A stretch of DNA of 64,000 bases from an uncultured Dehalococcoidia bacterium (lineage in GTDB: Bacteria > Chloroflexota > Dehalococcoidia > Lucifugimonadales > UBA3495). The stretch covers positions 32,001 through 96,000 of the forward strand of contig CATMOE010000002.1 of assembly GCA_950072105.1 (NCBI GenBank), read 5' to 3'. The notes under the pieces were generated by a model that was not told the origin of the DNA, ran no database searches, and saw only the letters and a program-made list of their open reading frames with translations. Below, piece by piece: positions 9,418 to 18,977 of the stretch. The translations under genes were made by a program, and so were the position numbers. How positions within the stretch are numbered: position 1 is the stretch's first letter; each line of letters starts with the position of its first letter.

Positions 9418-10335
9418 CTATGTTGCCGGCGCCGGGTTGTAGATGTCTTTGGTCAGGTAGTTTCGGGCTTGAGACGATAGGTCGTCCATGTCCCAATGAC
9501 CGTCCGAACAATAGATCGCTTGCATGGGCCTGGGCTGGGACATCAATGACACCGTATCTCCATAAACCAAAAAGGTTTGTCCGTTCACGTTGGAGGCAAA
9601 GTCGGTCGCTAGATAGCAAACGAAGGGCGCGATGCCGTCCGGGTCTAGATGCTGTGGCTCGTTGCCATCGTCCAGGGATGCCACTCCACTCCTGGACCTT
9701 AATTCCGCGGCGCTGTCGGGAATGGCGCCGATCATTCGGGTCTGGGCGCGTGGTGCGATGGAATTGGCCGTGGCGCCGTAACGCCCCATGTCCTTGGCCA
9801 CCACCTTGGTGAAGCCGGCGATGCCGGACTTGGCCGCGCCGTAGTTGGCCTGGCCCGAGTTGCCCACGAGTCCCGACTGGGAGCTGAAGGTAATGACCCG
9901 GCCGGACCGTTGTTGGCGGAACAGGATACAGGCATGTTTAACAACCGTGAAAGTCCCCTTCAGGTGGACCGCGATCACGTCGTCCCATTCTTGCTCGGAC
10001 ATGTTGAAGATCATGCGGTCACGGAGGATCCCGGCGCAGGTAACGACAATGTCCAAGCGCCCGTAGTTGTCCACGGCGGTCTGGACGATCCTCTCGCCGC
10101 CATCCATCGTGACAACCGACTCCAGGCATGCGATTGCCGTCCCGCCGGCTTGCTGGATCTCCGACACCACCGTCTCGGCGATGGACTGGTCGGCCCCGGT
10201 CCCGTCCACGTTGACCCCTGGGTCAACAACCACGACCTTGGCCCCTTCCTCGGCCATCAGCATTGCTACCCCCCGGCCGATACCCCGGCCGGCGCCGGTC
10301 ACGATGGCCACCTTGTCTTTGAGCATGTCTACCAT
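9418..10335 (-). CDS. SDR oxidoreductase, MFE-2/(R)-3-hydroxyacyl-CoA dehydrogenase-like (paralogue A)
   Basis: TGAGRGIG, AGILRDR, VHLKGTF, GQANYGAAK. Confidence 0.9.
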   Translation of the reverse strand: MVDMLKDKVAIVTGAGRGIGRGVAMLMAEEGAKVVVVDPGVNVDGTGADQSIAETVVSEIQQAGGTAIACLESVVTMDGGERIVQTAVDNYGRLDIVVTCAGILRDRMIFNMSEQEWDDVIAVHLKGTFTVVKHACILFRQQRSGRVITFSSQSGLVGNSGQANYGAAKSGIAGFTKVVAKDMGRYGATANSIAPRAQTRMIGAIPDSAAELRSRSGVASLDDGNEPQHLDPDGIAPFVCYLATDFASNVNGQTFLVYGDTVSLMSQPRPMQAIYCSDGHWDMDDLSSQARNYLTKDIYNPAPAT

Positions 10336-10400
10336 AACGGCCTCCTTGGCCTTTACTTAGAAATCGTTTGCCTAAACAGCCCAATGGCCGTCTAAATAAG

Positions 10401-10478
10401 TGGTTCGCCCCGATTTATCAGGGTCACCACGGATGGTGCGAGTCCACTTTTTCCCGTTCGACGTAAGCCTGTCGAACG
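10401..10478. repeat. Pair of REP-like palindromes
   Basis: TGGTTCG..TCACCACG (interrupted by CCCCGATTTATCAGGG) and CGTTCGACgtaagcctGTCGAACG; similar to the pair at 38124-38190. Confidence 0.6.
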
Positions 10479-10603
10479 ATCGGGTCCTACAGTTTTTAAA
10501 TGGCTTCCAACAACTGCGTTGGTGGTCTGCCGGAGAAAGTATCGCCGGCTCGCAGGCCCGCCGAAACTGAGCGGCGCAACAAGACGACGCTTCAGCCCAG
10601 CCC

Positions 10604-11032
10604 TTACCGGGAAGGCAACTCCACGGTGGCCGACCCCGGCGTAGTCTTTTGACCCTCGGTGTTCTCCAGCCATATCTCGCAGTCCACCAGGTTCCGGCCG
10701 TCCTCCTGGTATTTGCGGGTTACGGAACCTTTGGCGGTTATTGGCTGACCAGGGGAGTCCATACCGCGATATTGGCATGACAGCATCGCCAAGGTGCCCA
10801 ACGGCCCCATCCAATCGGTCATGTATTGGCCCAGGAAAGCGTTCTTCAAGGCGCCGTGAAGAATCACGTCGTCCAGCCCGTTTCCCTTGGCAAAATCCTT
10901 ATCGTAATGAATCTGGTAATAATCTCCGGACGCGCCAGCGTACTTCACTAGTTGTTGAGTCGTGGGATTTTTTACCAGGGGCGGCATGTCCGTCCCTTCG
11001 GAAACATCTTCCCAGTAGATCTGGTCTGCCAT
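10604..11032 (-). CDS. MaoC/HadB-like (R)-hydratase/dehydratase, catalytic hotdog subunit
   Basis: YAGASGDYYQIHYD...A....L..VILHG hydratase-2 motif. Confidence 0.88.
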   Translation of the reverse strand: MADQIYWEDVSEGTDMPPLVKNPTTQQLVKYAGASGDYYQIHYDKDFAKGNGLDDVILHGALKNAFLGQYMTDWMGPLGTLAMLSCQYRGMDSPGQPITAKGSVTRKYQEDGRNLVDCEIWLENTEGQKTTPGSATVELPSR

Positions 11033-11042
11033 GTTCAAACCC

Positions 11043-11501
11043 TCAGTAGCGAATTCCGTTCGATGTCTGGGTAGCCACCACCTGGTCGAGTTGATTCGTG
11101 TACGTGGTGACGGTCGTGGTGATAATCATCACGCCCAACCGGCCGGTACGTTCGTTGATATTTTCGATCCGGGCCACGACGGTGATCCGGTCGCCTGGCC
11201 GGACCGGATGGAAATAACGCCACTCGCTACCACCGTCCAACATTCTGTCGAAGGGCAATTCAAACGGTAGCGCTACCCTATATGCGCCCATCGACCGTAA
11301 AAAGGTCGGCGGGGCAACCAGGCCTCCGTATTTGCTCTTGCGGGCCTCAGCTTCGTCATTGAAGATTGGGTTCTCGTCCCCAATGGCCTGGGCGAACTTG
11401 ATGATTGCCCCCTTCTCTACATCCGTGGTGAAGGGTTGGCTTTCAAGTCCGATGGCTTGTTGCCGCATCTCTTCGGTAAGTGCTGGACTGGTAGTGGACA
11501 C
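11043..11501 (-). CDS. MaoC N-terminal/HadA-like hotdog subunit
   Basis: VEKGAIIKFAQAIGDENP, APPTF, PVRPGD. GTG start with GGAGG RBS. Confidence 0.88.
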   Translation of the reverse strand: MSTTSPALTEEMRQQAIGLESQPFTTDVEKGAIIKFAQAIGDENPIFNDEAEARKSKYGGLVAPPTFLRSMGAYRVALPFELPFDRMLDGGSEWRYFHPVRPGDRITVVARIENINERTGRLGVMIITTTVTTYTNQLDQVVATQTSNGIRY

Positions 11502-11671
11502 CTGGTACCTCCATCGCCAATGGCAGGCCAAAGTCTACCGTGAGCCAGAAATAGTGTCAAGAATTATGGGCGGACCTATTACCAATGCGAATCATATGCC
11601 GCAAACCTGCACAAATACTGTTTATCTTTCGATTATTCGGCGACTTAACAACATTTCCAAGATGGAACAGT

Positions 11672-11689
11672 TTGTGAAATCTTTCTCAT
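11672..11689. promoter_or_regulatory. Putative Rex-like operator upstream of the USP gene
   Basis: TTGTGAA-ATCT-TTCTCAT against consensus TTGTGAA-N4-TTCACAA; AT-rich spacer with TTGACA at 11702. Confidence 0.4.
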
Positions 11690-11816
11690 CGCCGTAACCT
11701 ATTGACAGCAGTGTAAAGCCATGAAACGATAATATATATTAGATATAACGATAAAGATGCAGTCCTTGATAAAATTTCTGGGTATTTAAGTCTGGTATGG
11801 CGCTGGGAGGTGTTCC

Positions 11817-12341
11817 ATGAAACCAAAGGGACTCATACCCATAAGTTACGAAGTGGCGCTGAAGCGGGAGCCGCCTCTATGGGGCGGCTCCCTGTACAAC
11901 AAGATATTGGTCCCCTTGGACAAGTCGTCGGAGGCCGAGGACGTGCTTCCCATGGCCCAAGAACTCCTCAACCCCGAAGGCGAAGGCATCCTATTACACG
12001 TTATCCCCCGGTGTAAATCGCGGGAATCGAACAACGACCCCGGCTCGATTCAATCACGGAAACAGGTCCGCCGCAACAAGACCATGGGATACCTTCTGTG
12101 CGCCCGAAGCTATCTTGTCGAGACGATGGGCCGCTGGCGGTGTGAGGTAGTGGTAGCGGATTCGGTGGCCGAGGGTATCGCAAGCTTCGCCATGCGGGAG
12201 GGCGTGGACATTGTGGCCATGTACACCCATGACCGCAAGGGGATAGCCAAGCTGATCAAAAAAAGCATCGCCGAGAAGGTCCAAAAAAGTGGGCCCGTTG
12301 AGGTACGAGTGCTGAGGCCACGGGAGTTGGTCTCTAGGTGA
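11817..12341 (+). CDS. Universal stress protein (Usp domain)
   Basis: YNKILVPLD, LLHVI, VAEGI..FA...VDIVAMYTHDRKGIAKL..SIAEKV. Confidence 0.85.
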   Translation: MKPKGLIPISYEVALKREPPLWGGSLYNKILVPLDKSSEAEDVLPMAQELLNPEGEGILLHVIPRCKSRESNNDPGSIQSRKQVRRNKTMGYLLCARSYLVETMGRWRCEVVVADSVAEGIASFAMREGVDIVAMYTHDRKGIAKLIKKSIAEKVQKSGPVEVRVLRPRELVSR

Positions 12342-12392
12342 GCTAGTTTGCCCGGCAAGCGGCAATAGAGTATAAGTTAGGAGGATTTTGCG

Positions 12393-12689
12393 ATGTTCGT
12401 CCGGATGGTTTGGGGGAAGCTACGGCCTGGTTCCTGGGCCGATTATGAACGGCATTACCACGAAAATGTGGTCAACGCGCCTAGCCCGATCAAAGGCCTA
12501 CGCGAGCGCCAACTTCTACGGAGCACCGAAGACCCTGACGAAGGGGTTTCCGTGAGCATCTGGGACACCTTGGAGGACATGCGCAGCTACGAAACCGGCG
12601 AGTTTCGACAGAAGATGGCCCAAGAAGTGGAGAATCTGTATAGGGGCGAGTATTGGGTCAAACACTTCGAGGTTGCCGACAGCCAATAA
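12393..12689 (+). CDS. Antibiotic biosynthesis monooxygenase (ABM)-like protein
   Basis: About 100 aa dimeric alpha/beta-barrel pattern (LLRSTEDPDEGVSVSIWDTLEDM); AGGAGG RBS. Confidence 0.8.
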   Translation: MFVRMVWGKLRPGSWADYERHYHENVVNAPSPIKGLRERQLLRSTEDPDEGVSVSIWDTLEDMRSYETGEFRQKMAQEVENLYRGEYWVKHFEVADSQ

Positions 12690-12778
12690 TAGTTACCCAC
12701 ACAGGCGGCGCCGGCACGCTGGACCGCCCGGTCTGGGTGTTAATCTTTCGTCCGCCGTGATACCTTAAGTCAGCCAAC

Positions 12779-12823
12779 AGCCAAAGGGGACCACCTATTT
12801 TCTAGCGGTGGTCCCCTTTGGCT
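12779..12823. terminator. Strong hairpin (17-bp inverted repeat), probable terminator
   Basis: AGCCAAAGGGGACCACC-N11-GGTGGTCCCCTTTGGCT. Confidence 0.55.
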
Positions 12824-12872
12824 ACTTACCAGAGTTGGCCTCTTACTACCCTGCCTTTTACGGAGATTCGGC

Positions 12873-13814
12873 ATGGAGTTCGGCTTCTATCTGCCCAGCA
12901 GCGGCCCCACGGCCCAGCCCGAGCCTTTGGCGGAGATCGCCCGGAGGGGTGACCGGCTGGGATTCCACTCTATGGTTGCCGGAGACCACATATTGGTGCC
13001 TAAGTCCGTGGATTCGCCGTATCCATACACCGTCGGCGGCGTGTTTTCCGGAGCGCCTTCGGGCGAGTATTTTGAGCAACTCACCTTGTTGACGTTTTTG
13101 GCCGGGATCACTCAGAACATCCGCCTGGTGCCCAGCGTGATGATCGTGCCCTACCGCAACCCCTTGTTGGCCGCCAAGATCCTAGCGACCATCGATGTCC
13201 TCTCCAACGGACGTCTGACCCTGGGGGTGGGGGTAGGCTGGATGGAGGAAGAATTCCAAGCCCTTAACGCTCCTCCCTTCGCCGAACGGGGAGCGGTGAC
13301 CAACGAATACATTCAGGCTTTCAAGGAACTGTGGACCGCCGACAACCCTACTTTCAACGGCAAATACTACCAATTCTCCGATATCAACTTCCTGCCCAAG
13401 CCGGTGCAGAAGCCCCATCCGCCCATCTGGGTTGGGGGCCAGAGCCGCCGGGCGATACGCCGGGCCGCTGAGTTGGGCAACGGCTGGCACCCGGTGGGGA
13501 CCATACCCGCCGCGCCCATGGAACCCGAAGACCTGGCCCAAGATCTGGTGAGGCTGCGGCGCTACGCCGAAGAGGCGGAACGCGACCCCGCCGAACTGGA
13601 CGTGGCGATGAAAGCCCCCTTGTATGACCCGGATATCGCCGGCTCAGGTAGCCGCCGGCGCTTTGCCGGTGAACCGGAGCAGGTCCTTCAGGACATCCAA
13701 ACTTACACCGACGTCGGCGTCACCCACATCATTTTCGACATACGCAGCGATGATTTGAACCAGACCACCGACCGTATGGCCTGGTTCGCCGAGGACATCA
13801 TGGCACAAGTCTGA
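12873..13814 (+). CDS. LLM-class F420-dependent oxidoreductase (Rv2161c-like)
   Basis: DHILVP...SPYPY, PYRNP..AK..ATID.LS.GR..LGVGVGW..EEF, PKPVQKPHPPIWVGG. Confidence 0.9.
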   Translation: MEFGFYLPSSGPTAQPEPLAEIARRGDRLGFHSMVAGDHILVPKSVDSPYPYTVGGVFSGAPSGEYFEQLTLLTFLAGITQNIRLVPSVMIVPYRNPLLAAKILATIDVLSNGRLTLGVGVGWMEEEFQALNAPPFAERGAVTNEYIQAFKELWTADNPTFNGKYYQFSDINFLPKPVQKPHPPIWVGGQSRRAIRRAAELGNGWHPVGTIPAAPMEPEDLAQDLVRLRRYAEEAERDPAELDVAMKAPLYDPDIAGSGSRRRFAGEPEQVLQDIQTYTDVGVTHIIFDIRSDDLNQTTDRMAWFAEDIMAQV

Positions 13815-13943
13815 CGGCCTGGGGTCCGTAAACCTGCTATTCAAGCTGCCCGCGGCGTTCCGCTGGGGTATAATCTCGATAGAAATCTAGAGATGAGAAT
13901 CCGGATACGCCGACTCTCTTATGACATACAAGGAGGCCCAACA

Positions 13944-14744
13944 TTGACCACGTTGGACGATCGGTTTGAAAAGGGTCTAGCCATACGCACATAGATGGCG
14001 GGTGGCGACCGCAGTCACTTTACTTTGCCGGGGATCGATCAATTGGCGCCGGACTTGAAGAGGATCATCGACGAAGCCCTGTTCGGGTCCATCTGGACCC
14101 GGCCGGCTTTGGAGCCACCGCGTCGGGTGATATGCACCATATCGGCGTTGATGGCCCTGGGTCAGTTGCCTTTGCTAAAACGGCACATCGAGCGAGGCCT
14201 GAATCTGGGCCTGACTCCGTCGGAAGTAGTGGAAGTATTTATTCAATTGACCTTTTACGTGGGCGTCCCCGCCGTGGAAACCGCGATGCGCATCGCCAAG
14301 GAGATCTTCGAAGAGCAGGGGATCCATTTCACTCCCAGCCTGGTATACGACACTAACCAATCGGTGGAAAGCCTTTACGAGCAGGGGGAGGCCACCCACC
14401 GTGAGCACATGGGGGATGTATTCGCATATGAAAACGACGACCCCGACTCGGAAGAGTCTCAACTGGACCGCCTGATCACCGAGTATCACTGGGGGGCGAT
14501 CTACAACCGGCCCACCCTGAGCGCCAAGGACCGGGCCCTGTGCGCCCTGTCGGCCATGACCGTCATGGGCCGCTACGACCGGCAGATCCGCAGCCGCATC
14601 GAGGGGGCCCTCCGGGTTGGCATGACTCCCTCCGAGGTCATGGAAGTCTTCATCCAGGTGATGCTGTACGGCGGCTACTTCACCACCCGGGCGGCCATGC
14701 GGATCGCTCGTTCGGTGTTTACCGAGCAGGGAATCGCCAGCTAA
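13944..14744 (+). pseudogene. Double-domain carboxymuconolactone decarboxylase/AhpD-like protein with an in-frame TAG at codon 17
   Basis: AGGAGG RBS then TTG at 13944: MTTLDDRFEKGLAIRT*MAGG...; two CMD repeats (FGSIWTRPAL, WGAIYNRPTL). Re-initiation at ATG 13995 is possible. Confidence 0.75.
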
Positions 14745-14783
14745 CCTGAACCGGAGTAATCGAAATATTCGTAAGGGGTACCG

Positions 14784-15584
14784 ATGAAGCTCCAGTTAGA
14801 CGACGGGGCCGAGCTTTTTTACACAGTCGACGACTTTACCGACCCGTGGACCCAGCCGGAGACGGTGGTGTTGCACCACGGGATGGCCAAGAGCCACAAG
14901 ATGTGGTTCGGCTGGGTGCCCATCCTGGCCCGTCATTACCGGGTGATCCGGTTCGACATGAGGGGCATGGGCCAATCGTCGGTGCCCGAGACGGACTACT
15001 CTTGGACACTAGATAACTTCGCCAATGACCTGCTAGGCGTTCTGGACAAATTGGAACTGGAGCAGGTTCACCTGATCGGAGAAACAGTGGGCGGTTCCAT
15101 CTCCATGCGATTTGCCACCATGCACCAGGAACGCCTGCTGTCCCTGACGGCCTGCACCTCTCCCACCAGCTTCAACGACCAACATCACGGAGAAAGCGCC
15201 GATCTGATCGAACGTGAGGGGGTGGCCGCGTGGGTGGAGAGCACCATCACCCGACGGCTGGACCCTCAGATCGTAGACCCGGCGTACATCCGCTGGTATG
15301 CCGCCCAGATGGCGGCCACGCCGGCCAGCGTGGTTGGGGGATTCCAGAGAAACGCGTCTGGGGATATTGGGCCACTTCTCAAAGACGTGAACACACCCAC
15401 TCTGATACTGGCCGCGGCCAGCTTAAGAGAAGAGGTCCTGGGTGATTTCCGGGGGGCGGCGGATCTGTTTCCCAACGGCCGGCTGGTGGTATTTCCTGGA
15501 GTAACCGGCTTCGTCCAGCATATCCTCCCGGTGCCCTGCGCCCGAGTGTGGTTGGATTTCGCCGGCGGTCTGAAGACATCCTAG
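14784..15584 (+). CDS. Alpha/beta hydrolase (PcaD-like fold)
   Basis: VVLHHG, RFDMRGMGQS, HLIGETVGG nucleophile elbow. Confidence 0.85.
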   Translation: MKLQLDDGAELFYTVDDFTDPWTQPETVVLHHGMAKSHKMWFGWVPILARHYRVIRFDMRGMGQSSVPETDYSWTLDNFANDLLGVLDKLELEQVHLIGETVGGSISMRFATMHQERLLSLTACTSPTSFNDQHHGESADLIEREGVAAWVESTITRRLDPQIVDPAYIRWYAAQMAATPASVVGGFQRNASGDIGPLLKDVNTPTLILAAASLREEVLGDFRGAADLFPNGRLVVFPGVTGFVQHILPVPCARVWLDFAGGLKTS

Positions 15585-15611
15585 CGGGCGCAAAAGGGAC
15601 CCCTAGGAAAG

Positions 15612-16187
15612 ATGTCTAGCGACAACCGGGAATTCAGTTTGCCTCGGCGTGTCTGGAACCTCATCCATAGATCTTCGTCTTCCTTGGCTATCATAGACCC
15701 CCAGTTCCGCCGCCAACCCAGCCGCTACTTTGTCCAAGGTGGTCTGGCCACCATCGGGATGTTCGCGGTCCTGCTGTTTGTCGATTCCTTTTCCGATGCC
15801 GCATTGGTCGCCGCGCTGGGAGCCAGCGTGGTTATCATCTTTGTTCATCCTACCAGCAAGTTAGGCGCGCCCCGGGCGTTGGTGGGAGGTCACTTACTCG
15901 GACTGCTGATAGGATCAGTCTTTTCGCTAATCTTGTTCGCCCCACCGGTAAACGCCTTTTTAGAAGGAGTGCAGGTGCTTCGGGACTTGGCTCTTGCTGC
16001 TTCAGTAGGGGCAGTGATTGTCTTGATGGCGATAACCGACACCGAGCATCCTCCTGCCGGTGGCACGGTCCTGGGCATGTCTACCAGAGTCTTTGACCCT
16101 TCTATTTTCGCCATAATCATCGGCGCCGTTATCGTGCTGGCGGTGACCAAGCGCGTACTGAGAAGATATTTGCGCGACTTGATGTAA
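15612..16187 (+). CDS. HPP-family membrane protein
   Basis: ALGAS, PRALVGGH, TEHPPAGG motifs. Confidence 0.9.
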   Translation: MSSDNREFSLPRRVWNLIHRSSSSLAIIDPQFRRQPSRYFVQGGLATIGMFAVLLFVDSFSDAALVAALGASVVIIFVHPTSKLGAPRALVGGHLLGLLIGSVFSLILFAPPVNAFLEGVQVLRDLALAASVGAVIVLMAITDTEHPPAGGTVLGMSTRVFDPSIFAIIIGAVIVLAVTKRVLRRYLRDLM

Positions 16188-16320
16188 ACTAATACAATCC
16201 TCCCTGGACTTGCTCGGGCGCAGATATGCCATCCAGTGGGCGCCGCCTTGCTCCGGATAGTCCGCCCTCTCCTTTCTAGAGGAGTAATTAATCTCACGGT
16301 CCGCCCCCGGAGGGAAAACC

Positions 16321-17721
16321 ATGCCCGATTCGCTCAGCCGCACATTCGCTCAATTCCTCTCCCCCCTGCGTTATGAATCCATGCCGCCCGCCGTGGTGGA
16401 CAAGATCAAGGCCTCGATACTGCACGCGATGGTGACCGGCATCATCGGCGCGGATACCAGCCACGGGCAAGCCGCGATACACCTGGCAAAAACCGAAGAG
16501 GGCAAGCCTGACGGGGCCACGATATTGGTCGACGGCGGAAAGGCGACCCGTTGCGGCGCCGCCTTCGCCAACAGCAAGCTGATGCACGTGACCAACCAGG
16601 CAGACTCTTACCGCATGTTGATCCATCCCGGGGCCTGCGTGATCCCTTCGGCGTTGGCGGCCGCCGAGTTGGGTCACAAATCAGGGAGGGAATTCCTGAC
16701 CGCCGTGGTGGCAGGCTACGAAGTCGAGGCTCGGATCGCCGGAGACTTTATTCCGTCTACCCAGGCCCGGGGATTCCGTTCCAGTCCCGTGTACGGGACA
16801 TTGGGGGCGGCGGTATCTTGCGGGAAGCTCCTGGGCCTTAATGAAGACCAACTGGTGACAGCGCTGGCTTTGGCCTGCACCTTTACCGGAGGCACCACCC
16901 AGGGGGCCGCCAGAGGGGGTCAAGAGATGATGTACCACGAGCCCAACTCCACCCGCAGCGGTATCATGGCCGCCTTGCTCGCCCAAGAAAACCTCAGGGG
17001 CTCGGAAGAATCCCTTGAGGGCGACGCCGGGTTCTATAACGCCTTCACGGGCAACAACCGGGGCGAGCTATCTTACGTGTTCCAGGGTCCCAACCGAACG
17101 GAGATTTCCAACGTTGTGGCAGACTTGGGTACTAGGTGGGAGGTGCTCCACGTTACACCCAAGATCTACCAGACGGCGGGCTACAACTGTCCGGTCATAG
17201 ACCTGATGACGCAGATGCGGTCAAGGCACGAGCTTTCCCCGTCGGACGTGGCCCAGATTACCGTCGACATGAACTGGCTTGAGACGCTGTACCCTTCGCC
17301 GGAGTTCCCCAACACCACGCGGAATGCCGCCAGCGTGGGTAGCACCCACTATTTCGCTGCCTACACATTCGTGCACGGATTCTATCCTCCCTTAAAAGCA
17401 AGGATCATTCCGGACATGGCGGGGGACGCAGAGGAACAACAAGTCTTGGATTTGCTACAAAGGGTGGAAGTGCTAGGACACAAAGATCGCCCCGCGTTCG
17501 CGCCCCACATATCCATCCGCATGGTCGATGGAACCACCTATGAGGGCGAGTACAGCGGTAACGAACTGGAATGGGGCCTGGAAACCGAGATCTCGCGCAT
17601 CAGCCCACTGTTCGCGGACATCAACTGGCCCAGAGAAAAACTGGATGCCCTGGTGCAAACCGTGTCAACTCTGGAAGATCTGCCCAGCATCGATCCGATG
17701 ATTCAGCTTTGCGTCCGATAG
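16321..17721 (+). CDS. MmgE/PrpD-family protein
   Basis: AAFAN..L.H, IHPG...IP.ALA, VVAGYEV..RI, RGF....VYG. Confidence 0.88.
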   Translation: MPDSLSRTFAQFLSPLRYESMPPAVVDKIKASILHAMVTGIIGADTSHGQAAIHLAKTEEGKPDGATILVDGGKATRCGAAFANSKLMHVTNQADSYRMLIHPGACVIPSALAAAELGHKSGREFLTAVVAGYEVEARIAGDFIPSTQARGFRSSPVYGTLGAAVSCGKLLGLNEDQLVTALALACTFTGGTTQGAARGGQEMMYHEPNSTRSGIMAALLAQENLRGSEESLEGDAGFYNAFTGNNRGELSYVFQGPNRTEISNVVADLGTRWEVLHVTPKIYQTAGYNCPVIDLMTQMRSRHELSPSDVAQITVDMNWLETLYPSPEFPNTTRNAASVGSTHYFAAYTFVHGFYPPLKARIIPDMAGDAEEQQVLDLLQRVEVLGHKDRPAFAPHISIRMVDGTTYEGEYSGNELEWGLETEISRISPLFADINWPREKLDALVQTVSTLEDLPSIDPMIQLCVR

Positions 17722-17841
17722 TAGGTTTCCGGAATCGCCGAAAACTTTATCGGCGGGCCAGCATGAATCACATTCCGGTCATTCGCATCAAATAAGGCGG
17801 CCTGCTTCTGGTGGGTCAGATACATCTATCTAGGATGTCTT

Positions 17842-18765
17842 TTGCTAAAATTATTTAGGCTATTGCCCCTTGGAATGCTCGGTGGACTTCTGCTGCTGCT
17901 GGCCGCGGCCTGTTCCGGAGCGCCCACCGTTACCCCTGCTCCCACCGCTGCGGCGCCTCCCGCAGTCCTTAATGGGCCGGAATACGGCGCCATCATTATT
18001 ACCACCGACCTGGCCCTCGGCTCTAACAGAGTTGTCTTTGGAATCGTGGACCGGAACGGAATGCCAGTCAGGAGTCAGCAGGCCCAAGTACGGGCTCTCT
18101 ACTTGCCCCCAGGCGACGCGCCGGGAGTGGAGAGGGCTTCGGCGATCGCCGAATTCAGAAAATGGCCCGCCGGGCCCCAGGGCGTATTTTCCACTATCCT
18201 GGAGTTCGACACACCGGGTTTTTGGCAGCTCGAGGTAACTACCACCGGGCCCGATGGGACGCCGGTGATGGCCCAGGGCGCTTTGCTGGTGAAGGAGAAA
18301 AGCGACACCCCGTCGTTGGGATCTCCCGCCCCGCAAAGCGTAACTCCAACCGGAGACGAAGTGGACGACCTAGCCACCATCACCAGTTCAACACAGCCGG
18401 ACCCCGATCTTTACAAACTATCGGTGCACCAGGCTCTCGCGTCGGGAAAACCTTTGGTGGTGGTATTCGCCACACCGGCCTTCTGCGTCAGCGCCACCTG
18501 CGGCCCCCAGGTAGAGGTACTCTCCGGCGTCAAGGACAGATTCGCCGGCAAAGCCAACTTCATCCACGTAGAAGTTTTCAAAGACCCCCATCTCATCCAG
18601 GGAAGCCGCCCCCCCGCCGACGGAACCGTCCCGGCAGTGGACGAGTGGAACCTCCCCACCGAGCCCTGGACATTCGTCGTGGACAAAGAAGGACGAATCA
18701 GCGCCAAGTTCGAGCAGTTCACCACGGGGGAGGAGATCGAAAAAGCCCTGAACGAGCTTCTCTAA
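17842..18765 (+). CDS. Lipoprotein with C-terminal thioredoxin-like domain
   Basis: Lipobox LAAAC, P/T/A linker, VVFATPAFCVSATCGP, TEPWTFVVD. Confidence 0.8.
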   Translation: MLKLFRLLPLGMLGGLLLLLAAACSGAPTVTPAPTAAAPPAVLNGPEYGAIIITTDLALGSNRVVFGIVDRNGMPVRSQQAQVRALYLPPGDAPGVERASAIAEFRKWPAGPQGVFSTILEFDTPGFWQLEVTTTGPDGTPVMAQGALLVKEKSDTPSLGSPAPQSVTPTGDEVDDLATITSSTQPDPDLYKLSVHQALASGKPLVVVFATPAFCVSATCGPQVEVLSGVKDRFAGKANFIHVEVFKDPHLIQGSRPPADGTVPAVDEWNLPTEPWTFVVDKEGRISAKFEQFTTGEEIEKALNELL

Positions 18766-18977
18766 CCTCTCTTTCGTAAAATCGACGATATAAGACATCT
18801 TTGCGTAATGTAACGCCGATGTATCGCGGATAGTCAGTCTGCCTCGGCGGCCTCTAGATATGGTGTGAACCGAGGCCATTCCTACCTACGGCGCATCATC
18901 CTCCGCCCAACACGCGCGCCCAACCGGATAACTGAATACAAGGTAGGTGGTTTCTTGTCTCATAGTTCAGGACTAGG

